The translations under genes were made by a program, and so were the position numbers. The notes under the pieces are model-generated. The model saw only the letters and a program-made list of their open reading frames with translations. It searched no databases and was not told the origin of the DNA. From positions 16,306,001 through 16,370,000 of the forward strand of contig NC_135251.1 in assembly GCF_964204865.1 (NCBI RefSeq): a DNA stretch of 64,000 bases, written 5' to 3'. The first letter of the stretch is position 1. Each line of letters starts with the position of its first letter. Positions 27,801-50,700 of the stretch are shown here, one piece after another. Source of the DNA: Styela clava. Its lineage: Eukaryota.

Positions 27801-30800
27801 ACTGGTATGTTCATGTCAGTATATTCATTAGCAGGAGCGACAGCCCAGTGGTTGAAGTGTTAGACATACCATGATGAGATCGCAGGTTAAAATTTCGGGT
27901 TTTAAAAGATTACATGTTTGTGGATGCTTGTGCGGAGCTTTGTTCAGAGCAAAAGGCATATAAATATGCATTGTATAAAAAAAAAAGTTTCTCACTTTTG
28001 CTTTTATAAGAGTGATGGTATAGTCGTTGGAGCATTGTACTAACCATGCTGGTATCAAAGGGTTTCTAGTTGACTTAGGACTTATACTGTACAATAGGTT
28101 TGAGTGGGAAATGCTGAATCGGAAATCTCTATTGCTTGATTGACAGATCCTTGGTTTGAGTGAAAGTGCCTCATAGGAAGGATTTCACAAGGCTCAAGGC
28201 CCCTTGCTAATGGAGCAAGCACGGTTTCGGAAAAGCAGTCACACAAATAGTGTGGTATACTGTTCAGCTCAATTTGCTCATTATAGTTATGCCTAGTTTA
28301 CCAATAATATACTAAAAATAAACTTGTTTGCTTGAAAATTTGATAGATTAACTATTAATTTATTGTAAATACTGCTTTAGGAAATATCCAAGTTTATCAC
28401 TGCTATTGATCATCTAAGATTGGTTCAAGAAGATCCCCATTCTAGACATGGTCTTGCTGTTATGTCATGGAGAACATTTGTTACCAAGCGATATGCTGCT
28501 CTTGCTAAACTTATGGATAAAGTCGGAAAAGCACCGAAGGATAGATTATGTAGAAAGGTTGGAAAAATTTACTGTGTTTACAATGTTTGGAATAACTGAA
28601 AGTGATCAGAAATTCATGCTATTGAGCGGATTATTTCGAAATTGTTTGCTTTCCAGACGCAATGGTGTATAGCAGGGGTGACCAACCTACTTGCGACCGC
28701 GATTGACTAAAATCGCCAAAATAGCTCGCGATTGACTGAGTACTGAATATGCAGATATGCACACACGTATACAAAAAATCCCCCACCGCTGTAAATAAGA
28801 TCAATTCATTAGGCGCATTCTTAATGAAATCGTCCTAATTTTTTATGTTCCATTTAATTTGTTAATTTGATTATGTAATTGTACCCAGAGTAAATGCTTC
28901 ATCATTTATTTGGGATTTATTCAAATCATATAATTCTGATTCAAGACCTGTCTAATTTTTAGTCGGAAGTGTTGAAAATCTCTCAAAAAACCTTGTTATG
29001 TATCCATGTATTATTCTAAACAGCGAAAAATAAATATTCCCAAACCATAAATGTTACATGACTTCTCAAACTTCCCAATTTACAATTACAAAGTCCGATT
29101 CTTCGCTCGCTTGGAATTGAAAAAAATTGGCATTCTGATTCTACTGCTACCATTGCGACTAAAATTTATCACACTACTCTTGGAGTGAGACAATTAATTT
29201 TGCATAGTGCAGTTATTGTGCGACCGTACGTCAGTCAAGGCACACAATATTTTGCACGTTCATTTCTTAACATCGGCAGCAGCAAAACTTTGTTTTTGTT
29301 ACATAATAATATGCTTTATCGAACTCACCCGGGCTCAAGTGTTATATGTGTATATCATATTTTGTGTGTGTGCAGTACTGTATTATTACTTACCGATCTC
29401 GATCTGTAAGTATGTTGATAGGTATTTGTCTGTTTGTTTGTTTGTCTGTTAGACACTTGCTGTTGAACAGAAAAAAACTGAATCTAAGGATCAATTCCAG
29501 TCAAAGTTTTGGATCATAAGCCCGATGTAAAAGAACACTCAATACCTAAATTTCAGTTATTTATTTTAATAGTAGTTAGAATCACTTCGATTGAATGTGC
29601 AAAAACAGTATGTTCCTAAAGTCCTGTTACAACAATTTTAATTTTATTTTAAAGGCAGTTCTCGATATATTCTAATCAGGTTTTGCTTTACCTCATTCAG
29701 TTTTAATTAGGTTTTTTAATTATTTAGTACACCTGTAGGGATCAACGAACTACTAAATTTGGTAACAATGAATTCCCTTTGCGACTTCAACTTTGCGAAC
29801 ATAGCAGGATACTCAACTATGCCATTTTTTACAGGAGGTTGGAATCAGTGATATTTTGATGCCTTCATTTTGTCAAGCCTGCACTGATATACTGCAAATC
29901 ATTGCCGATGCGGAACTGGATACAATTCCTAAACAAGTGGCCTCCAATACCAGTGGTATTTCTACTGGGTCAGAAGATCCCTGGCAGAATGTCACGGGCA
30001 AACGATCAATCATGGACATGGGCCGGGCTCATGCGCATGCTCATCATGGACTGGTACAACATAATATGCATTTAAGTTTGTAAGTCTTTTGTTTTTTTTT
30101 ACATCTTTATATATGTTAAATGTTGGATATTGTAATCATGTCTGTTCAGTAGACCTAGAAGTCATTATAAATTCCTCCCTTGTGAGAAATAAATTAGTAG
30201 CATACAAGAAGCACTTTTAACATCAGCTTTAATGGGGAATGTGGCAATCGGAGTATAAATTCACATTTTTTGTAGTTGCTAGTCATCTTTCATAGCGAAC
30301 ATGGGAATTTTTATGTTACTTTTAATATACTTAATATGATAAACATGCCACGCTCATGGCGTAATATATTATGTTAGCGATGCCAAACTGGAAAGATTTC
30401 AGCGCTTCCAAATGATAGTATCTTACATCTTCTTATACATCAGTGACTGTTTGTAACCTCGTTCGTGTGGTCTCATTCAGCTAACTTCATGCCATATTTT
30501 TTAACTATTTTTAATTCAATATGCTAATTTTGTACTAATTTTCATTATCTTCAAGTAAGCGGTATGTATCTGTAAAGAGAAGGCCGTTATAATCAATATG
30601 GTATCAGTATATAAATTTAGCAATTTTCTTTTATTCCAGTATCATGCATGCTACTATGCAATTTCAGCTTCGTGGTGTAAAGCCACTTTCTGGTTTGTTC
30701 GATCGAAGAGGAAAATCATGTTTTGGATTAGACTTGACCACACAAGATCCATCATTACCTAATCCTGATACAATGGAGATGCCAATAAATAAAGCCAGAC

Positions 30801-33667
30801 AACATGTAAATATATTATTGCAGTTGAGATATGATTTATTGCTGACTTAGTGGGATCTGTGAAGTCAGAGTTTGGCTTTTTTTATTGATATTAGTGTCGT
30901 CGAAATTTTAGGATTGTAATGTTGATGATCGGAAGTTAAAGATTAGTGTGAATAGTCACAGACCTCACGGTTCTGATTTTATCTCATTAATGCTTTATGT
31001 ATCTTTGCTATTATATGTATCAACCATTATTTATAGAAGTTTTGCGATGCAGCAATAAGTTATAATCTCAGGTGATCATAATATATCCTATTTTGAAGTG
31101 AATTTGATGTTCTGTTGAGCTATCAAAAATTGTAATGTCTTCATCTCCTATCCATCTACTTAATTTTTTACATTTATATTAATCTATTGTTCTATACAAT
31201 TAATAAAATCTAGCCTTTTCAGCTTATATTCAAAAGTTTATCTTCAAAATTTAAGACTTTATATCCTGGCTTTAATTACTGCTTCAGTAAAACCGTGATA
31301 TTTTCTGGTAATAGTCATACCAAGAAACCATGGCCATAGAGCCTAACCTGGAGAGATAAGCAATTGAGCTTCTAGCCAGAGGTGGAGCCATTTTGATTTC
31401 GTACAAGCTCTCCAGCACTTGTTATATGTTTATTGCCCTAATCTATATCATATGAAAGATCAACATATTGACATTACATCTGTGTGTATATTTTTTTCAT
31501 TTCAGTTTTTGACCAAAGTTGTCAGTGCTGCTGTTCAACAACTTGCTTCTCATGTTCATAAAAAAGAAGAAATCAGTAGTCCATTAAGACTGCATATGAC
31601 TGACCAAGAATGCAGATTAGAGTTGGAAAAATGGATTGAAACAGCTGTTCATATGGCATCAGAATTTCATATATCATCAGAAAAGGTATGATAGCTTAGT
31701 TTCTTTCCTTTTCATAGTACAGATGGTCATTTTGTATACGAGTGGTTCTCAAACTTTCATGATATATGACCTTCCTACATTGACCCTTCACACTCCATGA
31801 CTCCCCCTATTTTTTTTCAACTGATTTCTATCTGTTATTGTAGTCAGCATGTTTAATACTATATACATAACAAATGAAGTGATAGTAGATTGAAAAATTC
31901 TAAAATTTTAAATTACATATTTGAACCATGGGTGTCTCTGCTCGATAACCAGCTTTGGTTCTCGCGACTTCTCTTCCCCAGTAAACTTAACGAGTCACTG
32001 TCAGTTTAATTTTGGTGCCTAGTGGAGGCCTTTCTTTGTCTTTTGATATTTGAATTTGGTAGAACCTAGTTGAATCGTAGTTTCGTAGCAATGGAATGTG
32101 GTTGGAACATTGGAACTACTAAAGTAATATTGCTTTCAAATTTTCATAGTTAATGGAAGTGTTCGTTAAAATGATATTACTTTATTATTTTCTGTAGGCT
32201 CTCTGAGACGATCATTTCCAACCTTTTTCACTATGTTTCTCTCTTTTCCTATTTTAAATCTTTTTTCTCCTTCCCTAGCTATGCATATAAACTCAAATCT
32301 GTGAAGGATTAAGGTTATGTGCAGCTCACAGTCTGTAAATAGTCTGTTTGCTCATATATATATATATGTATTTCAATAATACAAAATTTGTTTTTTAGGT
32401 AAAATTGCATCATGTTGATGAGCTGTTTAAGAATGGACTTGATGCGATAGGACTTGAGGTTACCTATTTTTGTTTGTGTCTTTTATTCAAAATTTTGCTT
32501 TGTTCTCTATTCTCACAAAATCTTACATACCTTGCCAGGCGAGTGTTACAGTTTCTGACAAGGAAGTATTGTCTTCCTCATTGGTGCTCATCGTGGGTCA
32601 AAGGTTATCGTATATCTTGCTTCATGCAAATCCTGATGATGGTGTTATCATGATGTCAAGAATGTCTACTACACTAAGCACATGGATTAAATCACAAGTA
32701 AGAAGCTTTATTAGTTATCAAAGCCATTTATCTTGCCTAATGCAAAATAGCATATCAGAATAGAGATTCCGGCCAAAGATTGAAAAAAGTTGCTGATGAG
32801 AATTTAAATTACCTTTTCTTTTCTTTTTTTGCTACTTTTACAGAGTAACTTATGATCAATTAGAATTAGTATATATCTTAATTTTACTGCCAAATTTAGA
32901 TTATTGGAAATTCTAAAAAATTGAACTATTTAGTTACCTCAATTTGATAAGTGTGAATTTGTTATTGGAAATGATGAAATTTCTACAAAAGCCATCAATG
33001 TCTTGTGATTTATAACAGTGGTGTGTAACTATCGGGAGCTAGTTTGAAATCACTCCAGAACATTATTTCCTTGATGTTCATGACAACTACCATGAAATAT
33101 CAGCCCAAATGCAGTTTCGTGGAAGCAGAACTTAAAACTATGATATATGGGTTTCTTTAAGGTGTTAGGAAATATAAATGTGAAAAATTAATTGGATGGG
33201 CGGAGCTGGGGCCACTAGAATTACTGGTATTATGTTAAATGTGGCTCCAAGTCCCCAGTCCTGTTATCAAAACTCTCTTCAGTGAACTAGTGGATATCAT
33301 GAGTTTTACTTACGGTAAGTAGTCAAAAATATGACACCCTAACCATCCAAACAGGAAAGTTTTTACTCATATAGGTAAGTCAAATTAGGGCCTTGATAGT
33401 ACAGCCTTTGTTTTGGGCAGAAGTTCGACAATCATTGTTTTATTGCATTATTTGATTTATAAAATAGCTAATTATTGCTGTTTGATCCTACATAGAAAAT
33501 AACTTTTTTAGGATTCAACATTGCTGAAGAAACCAGATGTTGATGTTTCGGACACATTGAAATTATCAAGAACAGTATTAACAATGATGTCTGAGACAAA
33601 TTCTTTATATAATATGGCTTTGTCTTTAGAAGAAGCTGCTTCTACCATGGTAAACAGATTCAAATAA
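9878..33667 (+). CDS. RAB3GAP2: Rab3 GTPase-activating protein non-catalytic subunit; 28 coding exons
   Basis: Hand-assembled GT-AG exons: 9878-9980, 10485-10564, 11272-11392, 12128-12212, 12848-12971, 14001-14211, 15018-15268, 16271-16411, 16923-17106, 17692-17914, 18733-18873, 20145-20221, 21064-21216, 21605-21741, 22333-22594, 23492-23641, 24260-24522, 25109-25235, 26106-26336, 27223-27348, 27695-27804, 28381-28557, 29835-30079, 30640-30805, 31506-31685, 32399-32458, 32539-32697, 33512-33667. Total 4443 nt (1480 aa plus stop). Motifs: MACSLKQ...[70 protein letters not shown]. Confidence 0.92.
10060..10200 (-). mobile_element. 3' end relic of an RTE-clade LINE in RAB3GAP2 intron 1
   Basis: Minus strand reads [15 protein letters not shown], then with a frameshift VEAICLQW, followed by a short (TGA)n tail. 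This resembles RTE ORF C-termini (W...A.DR..W....EA...QW). Confidence 0.55.
12330..12492 (-). mobile_element. tRNA-derived SINE family B, diverged
   Basis: Reverse-complement head ggccagtgggtgaagcgttagac...ggcattccagtatacacatctagacttcaaat resembles the plus-strand copies at 17197, 18480 and 27840. Confidence 0.5.
15377..15613. mobile_element. Foldback MITE with ~75-bp TIRs (GGTACTCC...GGAGTACC)
   Basis: Left arm ggtactcccgaagtatgcgaaccaagatggcgg...gtagtatgtgtaccaggttagggttaggccata is mirrored by tatggcttaatcctaacctggtacgcatactac...gccatcttggttcacatacttcaggagtacc. Flanks are aaaatttc/aaagtttt. Related copy at 62892-63082. Confidence 0.85.
17195..17405 (+). mobile_element. tRNA-derived SINE family B
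   Basis: A-box-like ctagtggttaaagc and B-box-like gttcaaatcc. Body shares gcatcgcag.ttaca.tcttg and cattgttagat.tcagtg with 18480-18660. Confidence 0.55.
18171..18468. mobile_element. hAT MITE, family 1
   Basis: CAGTGGTTCTCAAA...TTTGAGAACCACTG; TSD ttttagag/tttcagag; interior is the reverse complement of 7512-7816. Confidence 0.85.
19143..19760 (+). mobile_element. Non-autonomous hAT (Buster/SPIN-like) deletion derivative with a transposase relic
   Basis: TIR CAGGGGTCTCCAAC / GTTGGAGACCCCTG; perfect TSD GTCTAATG. About 19484-19578 encodes [31 protein letters not shown] (one frameshift), the hAT C-terminal dimerisation region. Confidence 0.9.
20462..20777 (-). mobile_element. Helentron-associated non-autonomous element (HINE/DINE-1-like)
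   Basis: 11-bp subterminal inverted repeats ACTTATCGATC (20485-20495) / GATCGATAAGT (20765-20775), a third partial copy at 20750-20760, (AAAC/AGAC)n microsatellite at 20695-20735, terminal hairpin at 20468-20483, CTAG end, and insertion in an A/T run without a TSD. Confidence 0.75.
26655..26855. repeat. Diverged ~115-bp tandem duplication, probably inside a DNA-transposon remnant
   Basis: tatataattagtgaacacacatagccat at ~26678 is repeated as tatataattagtgaacagacatagccat at ~26800. Confidence 0.55.
28673..28800. mobile_element. One end of a hAT MITE related to 56642-56987
   Basis: CAGGGGTGACCAACCT...gactaaaatc...gagtactgaatatgcagata is the reverse complement of the right end of 56642-56987. 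Confidence 0.75.
29386..29456 (+). mobile_element. Truncated 5' end of the HINE-like family
   Basis: ttacttaccgatc...gtaagtatgttgataggtatttgtctgtttgtttgtttgtctgttaga is the reverse complement of 20693-20776. Confidence 0.75.
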
Positions 33668-34188
33668 ATCAAGTGTTCAATCATTTCAGCAATATCGGAG
33701 TTGAATACAAATTGCTGTGTTTCGTTGTCGCTAGTATTTTATTGTTTGATCCTCAAGAGTTAACTTACTGAGAAAACCTAAAACATTCTGAAAAATCATA
33801 TCGTAACCATAAAGTGATTTGATGAAAGTGCCTTTCCAGTATTGATAGTAATAAATAGTCATATTCGAGAGAGAATTGATGTAATGTTGCTCTGGTCTAA
33901 TTGATATGCTTCTATTATTGGCTTAGTTTTGTGTAATGATTTTTGTCTGTATGAATGTTGTAATTGTATGCTAAGCATAGTCAGATCTTTCTCTCTACCA
34001 TCGGTGCAATAATAGTCTATTTTGTGTGCCTATATTCTTATGTTGCTCTTAAATTGTATCCTAATAAAGTAACCTTTATTGTATACATGAGGTGAAAATA
34101 CGGCTCCAGCGCAACTCTATAAAATAGGCTACAGGGTAACACAGGATTGGGCTTATTTTTCACAGGATTCTACTGTCATTCTATAGAT

Positions 34189-34766
34189 CATTGGTTCTCA
34201 AACTGGGGTCCGCGAATTGATTTTAGGGGGACCGCGAGACAACTTTAACCTCGAAATTTGATTTCATGCTTTTACGGTGTTTCTCGAAGCACTACACGCT
34301 CTACCGAAGACAAAATATTATGTGACAAACTTTGGTGAATGTGGCAAGTACCGTGAATCAGAGCGTAATGTTTATGAAATGAGTGTGCGTCGGATTGTAA
34401 ATTTTCTTGGGGTAATTTCAAGTTGCCCCCCGATAAGATGGCACTAAAAATGCTCATTCCAATTGCTACAACTTACGAATGTGAGCCAGCTTTTTTACGC
34501 TACTCGCTATTAAAACCAAATGCTGAAACAGTATGGACGTGGAAACGATACGAGAGTTGCATTATCCAAAACCAAACACGAGGTAGAACTAGCAGGCGCA
34601 CCCATCTCATTGAACTGTTTCAATGTCATTCAATACATGAATACTTGATATACCGTGTTGCTATTTGCTTTCATTTCATTGGTGTACCGCAAGACTGGCG
34701 TGAGTCATCAGAAAAATTTCAAGGAGACCATTATGCATAATTTTTCAAAAAGTTTGAGAACCACGG
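34189..34766 (+). mobile_element. Non-autonomous hAT (Charlie/Buster) element with a transposase relic
   Basis: TIR CATTGGTTCTCAAACT / AGTTTGAGAACCACGG; perfect TSD CTATAGAT; encodes MALKMLIPIATTYECEPAF (hAT dimerisation motif). Confidence 0.88.
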
Positions 34767-35203
34767 CTATAGATAGAGCAAGTGGAACTTTTAACAACAC
34801 TGTTTTCCTCAGCTAAACTTCTCCCTCTATAGGTATTGCGCAGAATTATTGAGCATTGGTAATTTTAAAGGTATACAAAGTTGTTGAAAAATTGTGAAAG
34901 AAATAAGAAAAAAGGTTCAAATTCTAAATTTATCAATCGCAGGAGAGACTTGTGAAAAAATAAGGTTTACACCAGAATTAGCAGACGACTGCCATCTGTG
35001 TCATGTAACTGGCAATACAGGAGAAACTTGCAAAATTTCTGCATTTATCAATGATCGCTACTGCATGCAGATCATTCCATATCAGTAAAACCGTCGGAGA
35101 TGTGTACCTTTTCTGATACCTCCTATTTATTCAATCTAGGCAGCAATCTCATGAAAGAAAAACAAAAGCAGCACAGTATACGTTTATTTTTCAATGATAA
35201 ATA

Positions 35204-45662
<10,459 letters not shown>

Positions 45663-46265
45663 TTTGTATTACTCGCATAATGTTTATTACTAAATAAAGA
45701 AATAAATTTACTTTTAAATGAAAAGACATAATGTATCGGCATTTGGCATGATTCATAAAATGAACTCAAAAAATGAACAATGTTACGATAATAAGAATTT
45801 CTTGTAGCAATCCATATGAAAAGATAAGATAGAAGTTGATGTAAATTAAATTTTGCAGTTAAAATGGATCCTGAAAACAATGGCTAAAGATGTTTGTTTA
45901 CAGTCAATCACAATATCATGTGAAGCATATCATTTTAACACATGTTATGTACACTATTACAAACATGTTAGACATGCACATGGGCCAATAAATCAATTGA
46001 TTCAAAATAAATATTCTACTACAACTGTTTTCTGAACGATATTTCAAAATTACTAGATTACTTAAGATACTGTGTTCTTTAAAAAAAATACTATTTTCAC
46101 TGGAAAATGTAACAAGACTTCTTTTTACCTAGTAACATTTGCTAAAAAGTCTAATATTCACATACGGCACATAACAAAACTACAAAATAAGGCTATTTTA
46201 GATAACATACATATTTCAATGGTCGATACATTTTTGATATCTATAATAAAAATTATTCCAAGTAT

Positions 46266-46778
46266 TCAATTGTTATAAATTGCATTATCTTGTTTCATTT
46301 TTTCTAACTGCTGCATTTCATCTGAAGATGACTTCTGTTTGCCTTTTTCATTTAATTGTTTACCCCTTCCAGTTTTAGCAAAAACGATAGATCTTTTTTC
46401 TAAAATCACAATTTCTTTAATATTTTTTGGATTATCATGCCATAACACGTATTCCTTTTTACAAAGAAATCGTTTCAGGGTATCACAATGCAAACATTCA
46501 ATAATAATATGGTTCTCTCTTTTTCCACTTGTTCGAACTTTTGAAGTTATTCCAGGTATTAGTAACAAATCACATCCTTTACAAAGCGTACGTTTAAGAT
46601 GTGGATGGAGACGCAGAACATTCTTTTTTGCCAAAGTTCTTAAAGTATTTGTGTAATGCCTCGATAAATCCCAATCCATAGGATTAATCGTCAGCACTGT
46701 ATGAGCAGCCTGATATAAATAATTTAATCGATGAAATACATCTTTTTGATGAATACTCTGTCTTTTGCTTTTCCCCAT
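46266..46778 (-). CDS. RPP21: RNase P protein subunit p21 (Rpr2/Rpp21); intronless
   Basis: ATG at 46778 (MGKSK). Motifs RLNYLYQAA, LHPHLKRTLCKGCDLLLIPG and CLHC match the Rpr2/Rpp21 zinc-ribbon family. Confidence 0.9.
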   Translation of the reverse strand: MGKSKRQSIHQKDVFHRLNYLYQAAHTVLTINPMDWDLSRHYTNTLRTLAKKNVLRLHPHLKRTLCKGCDLLLIPGITSKVRTSGKRENHIIIECLHCDTLKRFLCKKEYVLWHDNPKNIKEIVILEKRSIVFAKTGRGKQLNEKGKQKSSSDEMQQLEKMKQDNAIYNN

Positions 46779-47216
46779 ATTATATGGTTGATGCAGCAAG
46801 TCAAGTCATCAACAAAATGCATCAATTTAAAGCATTTCTATATTGAAATGGGCTTGACTAATATTTGATATCTAAATAATTTGCTAAGAAAAAAAATATA
46901 GATGATTGAGTTAGTACAAAGAACAATATCATCAAATTAAATTACAGTACAGTAGCAAAGTGTGCAATTACTAAATGACATACGTCAAGATGGATGCCAT
47001 TTCCTAATATTTTGAACAGTACTGACAGTACAGCATTTCTAACAACTTATTTGCACCGATACATTCTCTAATATTCAAAATTTGTTACAGCGAAGCATGA
47101 AATAGAACTGAGGGGGCTTTTTACTACCGGTAAATGTTATTTCTACAACGTGCAAATTATTTCCAACTCAAATGGTCATATTATATTTTCCAGTATAACT
47201 GAGGCTTGTAACTTCT

Positions 47217-48926
47217 TTACTCGTCCATTTTTTTAGGTTTCTTTTTCATCTTTTTATCAAACCATGCAGCTGCCATTTCCTCTGCAGCCTTTTTGATTTT
47301 ATCAGCAGAAATATCTTCATCGGCCTCATCGCACATTAATTCAAGCCAATACTCCGACGTTCGAAGCCAGTATTCATCTTTACTTTCCTGTTCCTCAGGT
47401 TTTGGATGTCGAACTTTTTTCTTTATATCACCCTTGGTTTCTTTCGTACCTTGATTGTCATATGTTCCTCCTACAGCTTCGTCAGCTTTTTCACTCTCAT
47501 CTTCAGATGATGACTGACTGTCCGACTCATGCCAGTCACCACTTGTGTCATCAGCTTCATAGAGTTGTTTCCAAGTTGTCAGTGTTTTTAAATTGATGCA
47601 CCACATATCATTCAAAGTAACTTGCTTTTCATCTTCTTCATAAGCTCCTCCATACAAATACATAAATCCGTGTTTTGTCACAAGTACGGGGTTCATTCTT
47701 CCACATGGAATCCAAACAATATTCTTCTTTTTCTCTGAATCGTCTTCGTTTTCTTTCAATTCAATTTCTGTTTCATCTGTTTCCATAGGTTCTTCTTCAT
47801 TTTCATCTTCATTCATCTTTTCGCTTTCTTCTACATTTTTTGATCTTTTTGTCTTTGATTTCTGCTTGGTTTTTCTCAAATCAAATGGAAACCATCTAAA
47901 AGATGTTAAATCAAGACAATACATTGAATTATAAAATATACTTGAAATATCATCTTCCTCGTCTTCATCAAATACTCCTCCAAACATGACGGCACGATTT
48001 CCTCCGATTGTTGCCATTCCAAACGCTGACCGAGGCGATGGCTTTGATCCACTTTCTTTTACTTTTCCCCATTTCCATTTTAAAATGGCAGATGTGTCTT
48101 TGCCACCAATGGTGTCAGGTTCGAGAAAAAACATGTCATCATGTGGTGTTCCTTTATCAATATCTTTCTTAATTTTTACTTTTGAATATCCTCCAATAAT
48201 GACAATGCCATTTGAAGAGGATAATAAATGACATCCAGATCTTGGTGACGGACCTCTTCCTGTTGGAATAATTTTACTCCATTGATATTCTGTTAGATCA
48301 AAACTGTAGCAATCATTAAAATAAGCAAAGTCTCTTGAACTTTCATGAAATCCACCAAAAACAATTAATTGCTTTTTAAAATTGACCATTCTATGGCCAC
48401 TTCTTGGTGATGGCCCTCCTGGTTTGTCGATTTGTTCCCAACGTTTATTTAGTAAATGTAAAATCCATAAGTCTTTATAATGATAAAATTTACTGTGTGT
48501 AGGAGATGCGAATTCCCCTCCAAATATCCATAATTGACCGCCATCTTTTGAAACAGCTACAGCTTGATGGGCACATCTAGGTGGTGGAGGATTAGGAACA
48601 AACAGATTATTCCATTCATTTTTCTTTATATTATAAATAAACAAATCATTATAGACATAAGTTTTATTTCCAGTGTCATATTCACCACCAAATAACAAAA
48701 TTTCATCTTTTTCTGGATGAACAGTAACAGAAAGATTTATTCTTGGTGAAGGCGGTGATGATTTTTCTTCAAAAACTTCATGTTTTTTCTTGTCGATGAC
48801 TTTGAATTCAGCAATCAAAGCTTCCAAATCTTCAACACCTTCGTCTTTTTTCGATTTCTTCGCTAATTTCTGTGCTGCCTTTTCTGCACCTCTTCCTTTT
48901 TCTTTCTTGTTTTTCTTTTTAACCAT
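47217..48926 (-). CDS. KLHDC4: Kelch domain-containing protein 4; intronless
   Basis: N-terminus KKEKGRGAEK, kelch repeats (PPPPRCAHQA, GGEFASP..FYHYKDLW, GPSPRSGHRM), acidic stretches, and a C-terminal HP..ESKDEYWLRTSEYW segment. Confidence 0.93.
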   Translation of the reverse strand: MVKKKNKKEKGRGAEKAAQKLAKKSKKDEGVEDLEALIAEFKVIDKKKHEVFEEKSSPPSPRINLSVTVHPEKDEILLFGGEYDTGNKTYVYNDLFIYNIKKNEWNNLFVPNPPPPRCAHQAVAVSKDGGQLWIFGGEFASPTHSKFYHYKDLWILHLLNKRWEQIDKPGGPSPRSGHRMVNFKKQLIVFGGFHESSRDFAYFNDCYSFDLTEYQWSKIIPTGRGPSPRSGCHLLSSSNGIVIIGGYSKVKIKKDIDKGTPHDDMFFLEPDTIGGKDTSAILKWKWGKVKESGSKPSPRSAFGMATIGGNRAVMFGGVFDEDEEDDISSIFYNSMYCLDLTSFRWFPFDLRKTKQKSKTKRSKNVEESEKMNEDENEEEPMETDETEIELKENEDDSEKKKNIVWIPCGRMNPVLVTKHGFMYLYGGAYEEDEKQVTLNDMWCINLKTLTTWKQLYEADDTSGDWHESDSQSSSEDESEKADEAVGGTYDNQGTKETKGDIKKKVRHPKPEEQESKDEYWLRTSEYWLELMCDEADEDISADKIKKAAEEMAAAWFDKKMKKKPKKMDE

Positions 48927-49334
48927 CGTAATTCGTAATAATGATTATATTGTTGCACAGAATCAGATTATGTTGAAAAAAACTGGAAAATTGAGCGGAA
49001 TCAAGTTGATGAAATATTTCAAAATAAAAAACTAGAATAGCAGGCGTTTTACGATAAAATAAATTGAGATTGTCGATTGAGAAGTAGAGATAGGAAATAT
49101 ATAGCCTAGACTCAAAAAATAAAACAAACCAACCAAATAAAAAAATTATATGGAAAAGGATCATTTAGGAAATTTACAACGCTTCTGGTAATAATTCTTG
49201 CACAAAATGAGACCATTTCAACATTGTCCCATATAATTTACCACATTTCAGCATTTTGTCAATTAGACTACTCAGAAGTCCAGTACCAATATTGAGAAAA
49301 TTTGTTTGACAGAAGATTTATCAGTAAATAAATC

Positions 49335-49775
49335 GGGTCTCGTGTAGTTTCGTACCTAACAGACTTCTAGTAGGCGTAGCATAACAATTTTTTGACATGC
49401 CAATCCTAACCCTCACCTGACTACGCCATCCAAAAATTACGTCACTACGACGTCACAATCACGTCATAGAGCTTGCCAAATTCTCGTACGATCGCCCGAA
49501 ATGGCATTGGCGCCGACGATAAAGAACTGACTAAAGTCAGCGATCTCTCTCCTATCGGAATCGTTGCAACGGGAAAACGAGAGAAATGGCTGTTCGATTT
49601 CGGGTTCTCGTCTGCGCGTCTTGGATGACAGTTCGCATAGTTTGAAGGGCTCTATTACGTCACTGTGACGTAATTTTTGGATGGTGTGGTCAGGTGGGGG
49701 TTAGGATTGACACGTGAAAAAATTGTTATGCTACATCCACTAGAAGTATGTTAGGTACAAAACTACATGAGACCC
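49335..49775. mobile_element. Foldback MITE (GGGTCTC...GAGACCC), >100-bp TIRs
   Basis: Long inverted arms; perfect 8-bp TSD AATAAATC. Confidence 0.9.
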
Positions 49776-50400
49776 AATAAATCTACCCAAAAACACATTC
49801 ACTTCCGGATCAGTAACTATTGTTGAATCCTCAAAATTAAATATTTTGCTCATCGTCAGGTCCGAGTTTCATTCACCTAGTTTTTTTGCTGCTGGAATTT
49901 TTGTACATCGGGCACAAGAAACTTCTGCATTTTAAACTTCATGAGAAGTTTGCTAGCTTAAATTTTTGATTGATCTTTTTATTTTTGAATGTTTCCACAA
50001 TGTGGATTAATCAATGATTAAAGAATAAATAAAATAATATAGGAATACCAATAAATAAGTGTATACAAGTGACAAAAAAAATACATCATCAGCAGAGTAG
50101 TTGTTCCATAATAGTCCATTTTTCCATATAATAGTCCATTGGTATATCCAGTATGTATTTTCAACATTAATCATTAGTACAATATTTATTCATTAGCATT
50201 AATTATAATCATGAAAACATAAAAAATTCATTAGTTTCAATACTAAGGATCACTATGCAAAACTAATCAGAAGCTAGGCTATTATGTAAAATATCAAGTT
50301 CTCTTGTAAAATTTGGATTTTGTCTACACTTTTCAATATTCCTTTCAATATTCAATAATGATTGACCTTTTTAAAAGTAAGATAAATAAAAATATCCTAC

Positions 50401-50700
50401 CCTTTCTGGTGTAACCGACAACACTTATTAAGCAATAAATGGTGAAAGTTAATGAAATTCAGAATTAGTAGTCAATATGAAATTCCACAAACGTGCGACT
50501 CGGGGATCCCCCCACAACTAGAACCACGTGACTGAAATTAACGCCTGACTTCATATTAATGGATACGTGTGGACTGTGGTTCCGTTATAGAAATTTTTGG
50601 GGGTTGAACAATCTGCCGTACATTTGCAGATATTTTTATTACTGTATATGTGAAATAAAACATTTACATAAACAGGAAATCGGAAAATCCTATTAACTTG
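50401..50700. promoter_or_regulatory. Candidate bidirectional promoter with a short non-coding leader on each strand
   Basis: Lies between divergent KLHDC4 and WASHC2. Locally CpG-richer, with E-box CACGTGAC (50525) and ETS-like CAGGAAAT/CGGAAA (50673-50686). Plus-strand donor TTG|GTAAGT at 50700/50701; minus-strand donor AGG|GTAGGA at 50401/50400. Confidence 0.45.

Noticed and set aside
34834-35088. Coding-like frame with an in-frame TGA after Cys (GIQSC*KIVKE...), possible selenoprotein or pseudo-exon
   Set aside because: No start context, recognisable family or SECIS element seen; could be chance or a decayed fragment.
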